64,000 nucleotides of DNA from Candidatus Poseidoniales archaeon. GTDB lineage: Archaea > Thermoplasmatota > Poseidoniia > Poseidoniales > Poseidoniaceae. This document shows positions 9,872-19,238 of the stretch, in pieces. Each line of letters begins with the position of its first letter. Position 1 is the first letter of the stretch. The position numbers and the translations under genes were made by a program. The DNA is taken from assembly GCA_038110525.1 (NCBI GenBank), contig JAYNJV010000003.1, positions 7,644 through 71,643 on the forward strand. The letters are read 5' to 3'. Under the pieces are notes generated by a model that searched no databases, was not told the origin of the DNA, and worked only from the letters and a program-made list of their open reading frames with translations.

Positions 9872-10280
9872 TTTCTTTCTCGACCCGCTCGTGAAGCTTT
9901 GACCTTCTCTTCATATCTTCCCTCTCAAAGGAAAGTAGTTCTTGATCATCGATGTACGCAGGTCGCGTATGAGCGATAAGTGTAATTTTTACAATGACAT
10001 CTCGGGAAATAAATTGACGTGTTCCATCATCGACGAGGACTTCAAGGCTACCTTTTCCTGTTGAGAGCAATACGCCTCGGATCATGATATCTGCACCATC
10101 GGTAAAAGCACGTGCATCAAGAAGAATCTCGACGATGTCGTCTTTGCGAAGTCCATTTCGCCGTTCCAATAAATCACCATGCAACGTTGCTTGAACTTCG
10201 GATAGGTTTGGTGAACCCATACTTTCCCATATTGGCAATGCCCAATCAGGCAATTGGAAACTCGGATTTTTCTTGGCCAT
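9837..10280 (-). CDS. hypothetical protein
   Basis: Intact 147-aa ORF at the head of the minus-strand PCD/ferredoxin operon, overlapping the PCD start by 35 nt. No family recognised. Confidence 0.4.
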   Translation of the reverse strand: MAKKNPSFQLPDWALPIWESMGSPNLSEVQATLHGDLLERRNGLRKDDIVEILLDARAFTDGADIMIRGVLLSTGKGSLEVLVDDGTRQFISRDVIVKITLIAHTRPAYIDDQELLSFEREDMKRRSKLHERVEKESAGDTDSHLWG

Positions 10281-10338
10281 GACAATTACACAAAGCGACC
10301 GTTTTTCAACCTCTCTATTGGAAAGGTACGAGGCTTGA

Positions 10339-11502
10339 TTGACCCCATCAGTTCATGAACACGGAGGATTTCGTATCGGTTGGGGCAGGCAAATGAAGGT
10401 GTCATGGAAGTCATTGCCAACGGTCCTGCTCGAGGATGAAATCCTCGACAAAGCGTTCTCACGAGCAAAAAAAGCAGCTGACAGAGTGGAAGACCAAGAC
10501 AGGACTTTTCGTGTACGAAAACAACTTACAAGAATGGTACAAACCTCTGCAGATGTTATTTCAACTCAACTTCTGGATACGGTCAATTCATGGCCATCGT
10601 TGGACCAATCTGCACAATTTGACCTTGCATTAATCGATGCATGTGTTGGGTGTGATGAATATCGACATCATTTGTCGAATCTACAATGGGCTGCAAATCA
10701 AGTCATGAAAGTGAGTTCTCAGAATGCGAAAAAAATTACCCGGACTGCCAGAACTGAACTCATGCACGAAGCAAGAAAAGAGGCATATGGCAGAATTTCA
10801 TCGATTGTGGGTCAAGTAAGTAAATCACTACTTTGGTTAAATGAGGCAAGAGAGACGCTCAAAAAACTTCCAACCGTTGACCAAAGTTTACCGGTCATTG
10901 TTGTTTGTGGGGCCCCAAATGTCGGAAAATCCGCATTTATCTCCGCATTATCGACTGGAAATATGGAAGTGAATCATTACCCGTTTACCACCAAACAAAT
11001 CCATGTCGGACACTTCACACATCGAAGATTACCGTACCAAATGGTCGATACACCTGGCTTGCTCGATCGCCCAATGGTAGAAAGAAATGCCATTGAGATG
11101 CAAGCCATTGCTGCACTGGAGAACATCGGTTCACTCGTCTTGTTCTTAATTGACAAAAGTGAACAGTGTGGAACTCCACTCCAAGAACAAATGCATTTGC
11201 TTGAAGATGTTCGTTCCTTGCTCGGTGATACACCAACTATTGTTGTGACTTCAAAAGCAGACCTTATTCAACCAAGACCTTCAAATTGGGATGAGGTCAA
11301 AGATACCGAGAATGATTGGAGAAACGCGGGCTCAAGAGGAACGCCTAAGTTACCTCTCCTTTTCGACTCGGAACAAATAGTGACCATGTCAGCGATTGAA
11401 AATGTAGGTCTCGACTCAATGAGATTGGAGATTATTCGACTTGTTAATCAAGAATGGGCAACAGACCCATTACAACTTCCTGATGGATGGCATCGTGAAT
11501 AA
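10339..11502 (+). CDS. NOG1-family GTPase (archaeal Nog1)
   Basis: Walker A 'VVCGAPNVGKSAFISAL', 'YPFTT', 'DTPGLLDRP', and a NOG1-type N-terminal helical domain ('LPTV...ILDKAFSRAKKA'). The likely true start is the internal Met near 10393. Confidence 0.8.
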   Translation: MTPSVHEHGGFRIGWGRQMKVSWKSLPTVLLEDEILDKAFSRAKKAADRVEDQDRTFRVRKQLTRMVQTSADVISTQLLDTVNSWPSLDQSAQFDLALIDACVGCDEYRHHLSNLQWAANQVMKVSSQNAKKITRTARTELMHEARKEAYGRISSIVGQVSKSLLWLNEARETLKKLPTVDQSLPVIVVCGAPNVGKSAFISALSTGNMEVNHYPFTTKQIHVGHFTHRRLPYQMVDTPGLLDRPMVERNAIEMQAIAALENIGSLVLFLIDKSEQCGTPLQEQMHLLEDVRSLLGDTPTIVVTSKADLIQPRPSNWDEVKDTENDWRNAGSRGTPKLPLLFDSEQIVTMSAIENVGLDSMRLEIIRLVNQEWATDPLQLPDGWHRE

Positions 11503-11503
11503 G

Positions 11504-13246
11504 TTACATTGATTCCAATGGTGTAATGCCTAATCCAACCAAGCCTTTTCTCAAAGCATCTTTAGCAAATTCTGAGATGGCATAGTATGTCGTATTGATT
11601 TCATTGCCATCAAGCACATGACAATCACGATAAAATGCATGATATGATGTTGCAAGCTGTAACAAATAATTGGCAAATATATGGGGTCTATTTTCCGAAA
11701 CTGATGTATCGAGTTGGTCTGAAAAGACCATGAGGGCTCTCAACAATTGTTCACAACCTTCTGGAAGATTGATGAAATCATCAATATCAAATGAAGATGA
11801 ATTTTTTGATGATTCAACCTTCTCTTTGATTGAACATGCCCGAGTATGGGCGTACATCACGAATGGTGCTGAACCTGCCTCAAATGCAAGTGCATCTTCC
11901 CATTTGAATGTGAATCCTTTCTCTGGACTTACCTTGATGATATTAAATCGGACTGCAGAAGTGCCAACCGCCTCTGCAATCGTTGAAATTTCTTTACTCG
12001 AATAGTCGGGCCTCAATTCTTGAACAACCTGTGCAGCATGTCCATGAGCCTCTTCGAGTAAATCGTCCATGAAGACAACATTGCCTTTTCGTGTCGACAT
12101 CTTACCCTCAGGTAATTTAATGAAAGAATAAAAAACAATTTCTGGAGCTTTCGAATTGAGTTCTTTAAGGGTCAATCCAACTTGTTTTGCCTGTAATTTA
12201 TGGTCTTCTCCAAGCACATTGACCAAGTTCTCAGATTGCGTCCATTTCCAAAGATGATAGGCGATGTCCCTTGTTGCATACAAAGAAGAACCATCACCAC
12301 GACAATAGAAAAATTCAGTTTTTCCAGCTAATCCACGCGGCTCTAAATCCAGAAAGAGTGCCCCATTTTCTGCCTCTCCATGTAATTCTGATTTTTTCAA
12401 TGTATCAATCAATGTTGCCACATCTCCATTGATGACAAATGTTGATTCTTTTGTAAATCGGTCAAATTGGATTCCAAGACGTTGAAGTGTTTCAAGCATG
12501 CCATCGAGGACAGGTTGATATGCGTTTTCAAATTGACGGAGTACCTCTGAATTTCCATGCTCACTGGCGTGGACAAGGGTTGCAATTTCTTCTTCAATCG
12601 AATCTTTTCGCTCTGATGATTGACGAAGAGATTGGGCTGCTTGATACCAACGAACGGATTGATGATCGGTTTTCCCTTCCCACTGACCAGAATCTTCTTC
12701 TTTATCGGCCAATATCGAATCAACTTCTTCTTTTGTCAGATGTTCAAGCGCCCAAGCTAGGACAGCGACCTGCTTACCCATATCATCAACATAATATTCA
12801 GCGGTGACTTCATTGCCTGCGAGACGATGCAAACGTACGAGTGTATCACCGAGAATTGCATTTCGTGCTCGCCCAACATGGAAAGGCCCATTCGGGTTTG
12901 CAGAGGTATGTTCAATCAAAATATGCTTTTTCTCGAGCATCGAATCGGTGCATGAATGCAATTGCTCAAACATCCAAACATTTGAAGCACGGAAGTTTAC
13001 GTATCCATTCACAGCAATGCATTGTTGAATTGATGCTACCGAGGGAAACTCGGACGCAATTAAGTTTGCAATCTCAAGTGGATTTTTCCCTACAATCTTC
13101 GCAAGAGGAAAACAAGGGAGTGTCAAGTCACCTTGACTGGATTCCCTTGATGTTTGAATGAGGGGATGCCATTGATTCTCATCAATCCCCAAGTTTTCAA
13201 AAATAGGACGAAGTTCATTGATGATGATGGGTTTTAATCGATTCAT
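11504..13246 (-). CDS. argS: arginyl-tRNA synthetase
   Basis: 580 aa with class I HIGH-region 'NPNGPFHVGRARNAILGDTL' and an anticodon-binding DALR-type C-terminus. Confidence 0.9.
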   Translation of the reverse strand: MNRLKPIIINELRPIFENLGIDENQWHPLIQTSRESSQGDLTLPCFPLAKIVGKNPLEIANLIASEFPSVASIQQCIAVNGYVNFRASNVWMFEQLHSCTDSMLEKKHILIEHTSANPNGPFHVGRARNAILGDTLVRLHRLAGNEVTAEYYVDDMGKQVAVLAWALEHLTKEEVDSILADKEEDSGQWEGKTDHQSVRWYQAAQSLRQSSERKDSIEEEIATLVHASEHGNSEVLRQFENAYQPVLDGMLETLQRLGIQFDRFTKESTFVINGDVATLIDTLKKSELHGEAENGALFLDLEPRGLAGKTEFFYCRGDGSSLYATRDIAYHLWKWTQSENLVNVLGEDHKLQAKQVGLTLKELNSKAPEIVFYSFIKLPEGKMSTRKGNVVFMDDLLEEAHGHAAQVVQELRPDYSSKEISTIAEAVGTSAVRFNIIKVSPEKGFTFKWEDALAFEAGSAPFVMYAHTRACSIKEKVESSKNSSSFDIDDFINLPEGCEQLLRALMVFSDQLDTSVSENRPHIFANYLLQLATSYHAFYRDCHVLDGNEINTTYYAISEFAKDALRKGLVGLGITPLESM

Positions 13247-13255
13247 ATCAAGCCC

Positions 13256-14497
13256 TCACATCAATGAATACCGAAGCAATGCAGCCATACCACCAAATCC
13301 TTGAAGCAATTGAGCCCCTTCCTCCGTATCATTTGATATGAATGAAATAGAACTATTGCTTTTTGCTGACAAGTTCGTAAATTCATCAATTAAGGATTCG
13401 GATTGGAGTTCTTCAATATCAGAATGATTACAGGATGAACAATTCGGTAATTCTTCAGTTCGACCGAGCGTCACAGTCCAATGATGAGAACAATTGTTAC
13501 ATTTGAGTTCAATACGACTTTTTCGTAGGCCTTCTGAAATCAGTAATCGGTCAACTGCACCTTGTTCAAGGGCACTGCGGACCATCATTTCACCATATGT
13601 TGCTTTTGGATGAGCCCGAGCCAATTCAGCGAGAAATTGGTTCATAAGCTGTCGTTCAGCGTCGAGTTCAATTTCTCCCATCAATGCACCAGCATTGTCG
13701 ACTAATTCACGAATACCCGACTCATTTGAATATCCAACGTCGAAAGTTGTTTTTGCGATCTTCTTTGTGATTTCGTGATGGAAGTAATCATTTTTGACAA
13801 CAAAATCCTTTGTTGCACCAGGTCCTCCAATAATCACTGCTTGGATATTTTCCAAATGTGGCAACCAATACTCGGATGCATGTTCTGTAGCACGTTTGAA
13901 AAAATTGTGTGCCGCTTCTTCGATCAATCGTTCAAATCGCTGTGCTGATTGACCTCCTTGCCTGTGCTTTCCCATAATATTTGATGTCAGATGTTCTTGA
14001 ACATGTATTCGTTTTCCGGTAGCAACTCCGTACGCAGCTTCTGAACGGTCGATGACGAAAAGAGCATAGGACTTTTTATCGATAAGCATCTCCTCAAGTT
14101 GGGTTAATTCAAATGTCGAATCGCATCGATACCGAAATGACATGAGTTCCTGTGGCGGGTCTTCAACAACGATGTTCACCATTCTTGTTTTGTTGTTTCC
14201 TACAATGATAGAACCCACGAAAATAGCAATCCCATGGTCCCCAGGGGTTTTATAACGGGACAGGGTTGAAATCGCTGATTCAATTGCCCCTTGTACATTT
14301 TTTCGAGTACCTTTTGATTTAATATTTGCAGCCTGACCGTGTTCATTTTGAAGCATTGTTCTCGCATCGTGAATTTGTCTGTCTGGCGGAATAATGAGGG
14401 TGACCAACTCTGTGCCAAAACCTCTCATTTCACGGAGGTCTTCGAGGGCGAGTTTGAGTTTTAGTCGACGTGCGGATAACGACGCATCCTCCGACAT
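13256..14497 (-). CDS. prf1: peptide chain release factor aRF1
   Basis: NIKS motif ('AANIKSKGTRKNV'), GGQ region ('KHRQGGQSAQRF') and a C-terminal zinc-ribbon-like CxxC..CxxC. Start taken at Met7 (MSEDAS...). Confidence 0.9.
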   Translation of the reverse strand: MSEDASLSARRLKLKLALEDLREMRGFGTELVTLIIPPDRQIHDARTMLQNEHGQAANIKSKGTRKNVQGAIESAISTLSRYKTPGDHGIAIFVGSIIVGNNKTRMVNIVVEDPPQELMSFRYRCDSTFELTQLEEMLIDKKSYALFVIDRSEAAYGVATGKRIHVQEHLTSNIMGKHRQGGQSAQRFERLIEEAAHNFFKRATEHASEYWLPHLENIQAVIIGGPGATKDFVVKNDYFHHEITKKIAKTTFDVGYSNESGIRELVDNAGALMGEIELDAERQLMNQFLAELARAHPKATYGEMMVRSALEQGAVDRLLISEGLRKSRIELKCNNCSHHWTVTLGRTEELPNCSSCNHSDIEELQSESLIDEFTNLSAKSNSSISFISNDTEEGAQLLQGFGGMAALLRYSLM

Positions 14498-14616
14498 GGT
14501 AGCCCCTAAAATCAACGGCTAAGCCTAATCTCTTGAACCCTCCCCCACGAAATGAGACATCGGCAGCGTATATCGGAACGGAAATGATGAAAGAGTGACC
14601 CACTTATGCAAAGAAC

Positions 14617-15318
14617 ATGGGTGAAATCCAAGTCATAGCCTTGGGTGGAAGTCTTCTCCGTCCTGATTCGGACCACGATAAAAACGATTGGATGAACAAT
14701 ATTCTCTCAATCTTGACGCGAGGCGTTCAAACTGGAATGAAATTTGTTTTGGTTATAGGTGGCGGGGCGCCGGCCAGAGAACATATCGCGATGGCTCAAA
14801 GTTTCGTATCTTCTTCACATCGACTTGACACCATCGGGATTGCCGCAACAAGGCTCAATGCGACATTGTTACAACAAATTTTTTTATCGCATGGACTACA
14901 TGTTTATTCCTCAATTCCCATCGTAATTTCTGAACTCAATCGTGCCGTGGAGGATTGCGATATCGTTGTTATGGGTGGCACACAGCCAGGTCAAACAACA
15001 GATACCGTGGCAGTCGAGGCAGCATGTTTCATTCAAGCCCAGCATTGCCTCATCGCGACCAATGTCTCTCATGTATTTACCAAGGACCCGAGACATCATG
15101 CTGATGCTCAACCAATTTCATCTCTTCGACTTCATGAGTTGCTTGAATTGAGTGGAGGGTCACTTGAACCTGGTGCATCCACTGTTGTTGATCCTGTTGC
15201 CATTAGAAGAGCGATTGAAGGTCAAATGAAATTGCTTGTTGTCGATGGTAGGGACACGATGCGAATTCAAGCAGCGATTACTGGTCTTGAATTTGAAGGG
15301 ACAGTTGTTCAACCTTAA
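14617..15318 (+). CDS. pyrH: uridylate (UMP) kinase
   Basis: Amino-acid-kinase fold: 'IALGGS', 'VLVIGGGAPARE', 'VVMGGTQPGQTTDTVAVEAA'. Matches the archaeal PyrH pattern. Confidence 0.8.
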   Translation: MGEIQVIALGGSLLRPDSDHDKNDWMNNILSILTRGVQTGMKFVLVIGGGAPAREHIAMAQSFVSSSHRLDTIGIAATRLNATLLQQIFLSHGLHVYSSIPIVISELNRAVEDCDIVVMGGTQPGQTTDTVAVEAACFIQAQHCLIATNVSHVFTKDPRHHADAQPISSLRLHELLELSGGSLEPGASTVVDPVAIRRAIEGQMKLLVVDGRDTMRIQAAITGLEFEGTVVQP

Positions 15319-15327
15319 GGTGATGAA

Positions 15328-15603
15328 ATGGTCGATGCTCAAAAAGTGAAAAATATGGTGAAAAATACCGGTAAAAATATCATGAATTCGACCCAAAAGG
15401 TGGCTCCACACAAACATTGCCGAATTTGTCACGAGGCCATTTCGATCCAAGCCGAGCCACGCGTTTGTAAAAAACAAGAATGCATCGACAAAAACATCAA
15501 AGACGAAAAAAATCAGAAATCTGTTCGACTTTGGATGTTTGTTTTCTTTGGTTTGTTCGTATTAGGCTTTGTTGGACCAATGATTTTCAGAATCGTCGGT
15601 TAA
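15328..15603 (+). CDS. small hypothetical protein with an H/C cluster and a C-terminal transmembrane helix
   Basis: 91 aa. 'HKHCRICHEA...CKKQEC' followed by a hydrophobic tail 'LWMFVFFGLFVLGFVGPMIF'. Lies 9 nt downstream of pyrH. Weakly supported. Confidence 0.35.
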   Translation: MVDAQKVKNMVKNTGKNIMNSTQKVAPHKHCRICHEAISIQAEPRVCKKQECIDKNIKDEKNQKSVRLWMFVFFGLFVLGFVGPMIFRIVG

Positions 15604-16065
15604 CTCAACACCACCGCCCGAAGAACCTGCTGCGTCGGCTTCACTGGCTCTTTCATGCAATGTCTTCATTGCTTCAGAAAGACTTGATACTTGATTCGAA
15701 TAGTGTACAGGAGGCCAGCCACAATGGACTTCATCCTCAGATTTCTCCTCAATCCATGCTTGGCATGCAACTTGTTGACACTGGCCCTTTGAGGATTCAA
15801 AATCAATCCAAAATGTACTTCTTCGACAGGCTGGACATTCTCTGCAGTTCATTGTAGTCCGAACTTCAAAGGCTTCTTGGCCAACAACATCAACAACCCA
15901 TTTGACTATACTGGCGGAATGATATTTTTCAGACAATTCATGTTGTAAATGCGATTTGAGAACTTCCCATGCAACATCTTCCGATGAAAAGCATCCTAAC
16001 GCCGTGGTTTCATCAGACATTGAAAGAAGACTTGGAACAAAGACCTCTTCAAACGTCCCGCTCAT
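15562..16065 (-). CDS. hypothetical Cys-rich protein (possible zinc-binding)
   Basis: 167 aa, terminal gene of the folB operon. Cys cluster 'CRECPACRR...CQQVACQAW...HCGW'. Overlaps the preceding ORF end by 42 nt on the opposite strand. Confidence 0.45.
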   Translation of the reverse strand: MSGTFEEVFVPSLLSMSDETTALGCFSSEDVAWEVLKSHLQHELSEKYHSASIVKWVVDVVGQEAFEVRTTMNCRECPACRRSTFWIDFESSKGQCQQVACQAWIEEKSEDEVHCGWPPVHYSNQVSSLSEAMKTLHERASEADAAGSSGGGVELTDDSENHWSNKA

Positions 16066-16089
16066 AGTCGAAGGATTGTCTTTCTCCTC

Positions 16090-16467
16090 TTAAGTTTGGT
16101 TTTGGTTTTGCCACAAGACTTCGATGTATGGAAGGCCACCGGGGTGTGGCAAGGGGGCATTCGGCTTCTCGATTCGAATCCAAATTTCTGCAATATGAGA
16201 TTCGTCCTTCAGGTGCTCAATCATTGCATTTGCAAGCAGTTCCAACAAACGGATTGGTTCAGAATGAAGAAACACTTCATCCACAATTGATTGAAGTCGG
16301 CCATAATCGATGGTGTGCCCTAAATCAATCACGTTCAGCCCATCAACCAGGGTCACTTTTACTGAAACAATAAAAGGTTGCGTATTGTGATGTTCTTCGT
16401 CGAAATAGCCGTGAATCGCATGAACTTCATAGGCATCCAAACCAACTGAAGTTCGCACCGCAATCAC
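16090..16467 (-). CDS. folB: dihydroneopterin aldolase (FolB family)
   Basis: 125 aa. 'VGLDAYEVHAIHGYFDEEHHNTQPFIVSVKV' matches the FolB fold signature (GYHG..EE...Q.F..D). Start abuts the stop of the parvulin gene. Confidence 0.7.
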   Translation of the reverse strand: MIAVRTSVGLDAYEVHAIHGYFDEEHHNTQPFIVSVKVTLVDGLNVIDLGHTIDYGRLQSIVDEVFLHSEPIRLLELLANAMIEHLKDESHIAEIWIRIEKPNAPLPHPGGLPYIEVLWQNQNQT

Positions 16468-16758
16468 CTACTGGTCTTCTCGATCATGAACCCAAATTAA
16501 GTGATATCCAAATTTTGTTTTGATGGGTTCAGAGGTTTCTTTGAGAGGTGTTTCCCATACAGCTGCATCGAATTCAGGAACCATTTGGCCTTGACGAAAC
16601 CAACCTAAATCTCCACCTTTTTGACTGGAGGGACACGAACTTTTCTTACGTGCAATTTTTTGAAAATCTTTGAGTTTGCCAATCTTTTGTTTGAGTTGAA
16701 TTGCCTCAGATTTGGATTCAACAAGAATATGAGAGGCCCACGCACTAGGTTTTACCAT
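16468..16758 (-). CDS. parvulin-type peptidyl-prolyl cis-trans isomerase
   Basis: 96 aa. 'ASHILV...CPSSQKGGDLGWFRQGQMVPEFD...FGYHLI', the Par10/PinA signature. Confidence 0.85.
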   Translation of the reverse strand: MVKPSAWASHILVESKSEAIQLKQKIGKLKDFQKIARKKSSCPSSQKGGDLGWFRQGQMVPEFDAAVWETPLKETSEPIKTKFGYHLIWVHDREDQ

Positions 16759-16778
16759 TCAATTTGCCTCCTTCATCT

Positions 16779-18527
16779 TCACATTTCAGGATTGTAAGCA
16801 AGGTATCGCATGTATGTGCCGTAAATAGTAACGGAAACACCAAGCGATTCTTCGTTGAAGCGATCGAGCGTGTCAAGGTAGGTATGGTATTCCCAACTAC
16901 CACTTCCGTAACACACGACAGCTCGGCCACGATATGATTCACCTAAATCATACACGAATGGACCATGGTCAGAATTGTAAGGCATACCATTCGGTTCACC
17001 TTTTTGCCCTTCAAGCAATAAAGTAAGGATGTCGTATTTATTCGCAACTTCTGAACGTTCGTCTTTGTACAATTTCATTATTCGAACGATGTGGTCATAA
17101 TCATCTTCATTGTTGGTAAAGAGGGTGAGACTATTTCCTCTATTTGCAAAATCACCGTCAACATGGTTCATATCCAAATTGATGTACAATCGTAAATCTT
17201 GTTTTAATTCAGATTTGAATTTGTCAACATACGCTCGGCTTCCATACAATCCTTCTTCTTCCCCCCCCCAAGTGCAAAACCGAATCGTTCTATCCGGTTG
17301 ACCTGTTTTGTTGACTATTGAACTGATTTGTCGTGCCATTTCAAGCACGCTTGCACTACCTGAAGTGTCGTCAATTGCACCTTGACCATGATAGACTGTG
17401 TCGTGATGCCCACCTGCGATGATGACTTCACTCGTCTTACCATCGATTTCACCACATGGAACATACACCGTCCTTTGTTGGTCATTTGTCACATCGACGA
17501 TCAACTCAACAGCAGCGTTCTGTGAACCGTTGAATACCAGACTTTCAAAAAGTTCACCGGAATCTTTGGACATAGCAATAAAAGGAATATCGGTAGGCAC
17601 TGACCCGCCATTGGCTTCAGTGATTGAATCTATAGATGAGCCCTTGAAGATAGGCACGCAATCGTTTCCTTCGATTTTCCCGCAATTGTAGTCTTTATTC
17701 ACACGGATTAACCCTGCAAGATCATTTTCAACTGCTTTGACGTACATTGCAGTATTTCCCGAAATAGATCCTCCACTTCGAATGTAACCCAAAGTCCCAG
17801 TTGCTTGCTGCCAAAGTCCTTCATCACTTCCATTTCCCAAATCTGTGACCTGCACATCTTGATTGAAGGTATATTCGGATTGTCCAGAAAAACCTTGAAT
17901 CACATAATCGATTCTATGTTGAAAGGATGTGACATCAGAAGCAAATGAAAGAGCACCATCACAAGGGCTTAGCCCTAATCCTCCCCGGACACAAACACGG
18001 AAGCTTGGTTCTGAATTGACATGGTGCATTGGTACGTCAAACGGATGAAGCGTGCCTTTCATACCCATGGCCTCAAATTCAGACAAAATGTATTCGGAAA
18101 CATTCCTCTCTTCTGAGGTGCCACTCATTCTTCCTTCCCAATCTGGATGCCCAAACGAGACAAGATTTTCTGCAAATTGACGTGCGGAATCTTGGTCAAA
18201 ATCAATCAATTCATAATCATAATTTTCTCCGAAGCCAAGCCACGCAGGTCTCACGATAAGGACTGTGCTCACGAGCATGATCGCAATACCGAAAGCAATC
18301 ACGCCTCCAAGAGATATTGGTCCGACAGCAGGCTCTCGTAAACGTTGCATAATAACTGAAACTTTTGAATCATCGGTAATCTCATCGTCGTTTAATTTTG
18401 ATAATGCTACATCGGATTGATGCAACCGTTCAATCAATTCCGATTTGTTTCCGGAGACAGGTAGTCCCCTTTGTTTTGCCTCTTCTCGGAGCTCCTGAAC
18501 TGTAAATGCCACATAGCCTCCACTCAT
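16779..18527 (-). CDS. membrane-anchored M28-family aminopeptidase with an N-terminal SAP motif and a PA (protease-associated) domain
   Basis: N-terminus 'FTVQELREEAKQRGLPVSGNKSELIERL' is a canonical SAP motif, followed by transmembrane helix 'VIAFGIAIMLVSTVLIV'. M28 metal ligands are present ('GGHHDTV', 'DDTSGSASVLE', 'WGGEEEGLYGS'). The gene contains a G9 homopolymer at 17261-17269. Confidence 0.8.
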   Translation of the reverse strand: MSGGYVAFTVQELREEAKQRGLPVSGNKSELIERLHQSDVALSKLNDDEITDDSKVSVIMQRLREPAVGPISLGGVIAFGIAIMLVSTVLIVRPAWLGFGENYDYELIDFDQDSARQFAENLVSFGHPDWEGRMSGTSEERNVSEYILSEFEAMGMKGTLHPFDVPMHHVNSEPSFRVCVRGGLGLSPCDGALSFASDVTSFQHRIDYVIQGFSGQSEYTFNQDVQVTDLGNGSDEGLWQQATGTLGYIRSGGSISGNTAMYVKAVENDLAGLIRVNKDYNCGKIEGNDCVPIFKGSSIDSITEANGGSVPTDIPFIAMSKDSGELFESLVFNGSQNAAVELIVDVTNDQQRTVYVPCGEIDGKTSEVIIAGGHHDTVYHGQGAIDDTSGSASVLEMARQISSIVNKTGQPDRTIRFCTWGGEEEGLYGSRAYVDKFKSELKQDLRLYINLDMNHVDGDFANRGNSLTLFTNNEDDYDHIVRIMKLYKDERSEVANKYDILTLLLEGQKGEPNGMPYNSDHGPFVYDLGESYRGRAVVCYGSGSWEYHTYLDTLDRFNEESLGVSVTIYGTYMRYLAYNPEM

Positions 18528-18615
18528 TCAAGCCGCCTCAACACACTCCACGGTATCCTTATTGATGAACTACATGGTTTAGTGGATGTTTTGGTATTCG
18601 ACCAAGTTAGGTGAA

Positions 18616-19191
18616 TTATACATCGATTTCGTCACCAGTCCAACGTTCAGAAAGTTCAATATCGAGCTCAAGATGGTCCAAAATTCGAGCAATGATGAAA
18701 TCAATCAAATCGTCGATTGTTTTCGGATGATGATAAAACCCGGGTGATGCAGGGATAATGATGGTGTCCCATGAAGATAATTTTGTTAAATTTTCAAGGT
18801 GCACGGTTGCATAGGGTGCTTCCCTTGGTACAATAATCAATTTTCTACGTTCCTTCATAGCAACAATTGCAGACCGAGTGATGAGATTATCGCTAATGCC
18901 AGCGGCAAGTTTTCCAATGGTGGTTCCAGAACAAGGACAAACCACAACCGCATCAATTTTTGCAGAGCCTGATGCGGACTTTGCTGCAACATTTTCTGCA
19001 TCCTCCAAAAATGCACCTGTTCGAGATGCAATTTCTTCAGGAGTGGTGTTGCATTCATGTTGCAATGTCAATCTTCCAGAATCGGAAACAACAAGACGGA
19101 CTGCATGGTTATGAGATGTCAACACTTCAACAAGGCGAATGCCGTAGATTGCTCCTGAGGCTCCGGAGATGCAGACAACATAGTCTCCCAT
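18616..19191 (-). CDS. ubiX: flavin prenyltransferase UbiX/Pad1 family
   Basis: 191 aa flavoprotein fold: 'VVCISGASGAIYGIRLVEVL', 'VVCPCSGTTIGKLAAGISDNLITR'. Confidence 0.8.
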   Translation of the reverse strand: MGDYVVCISGASGAIYGIRLVEVLTSHNHAVRLVVSDSGRLTLQHECNTTPEEIASRTGAFLEDAENVAAKSASGSAKIDAVVVCPCSGTTIGKLAAGISDNLITRSAIVAMKERRKLIIVPREAPYATVHLENLTKLSSWDTIIIPASPGFYHHPKTIDDLIDFIIARILDHLELDIELSERWTGDEIDV

Positions 19192-19238
19192 ACATGATGG
19201 TGAGTGTGTTCCCTTTTATTGTGTTGTTCTTGTCTGCA

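Noticed and set aside
10286-10468. 60-aa minus-strand ORF upstream of nog1
   Set aside because: It overlaps the 5' region of nog1 on the opposite strand and has no coding features. Likely non-coding promoter region.
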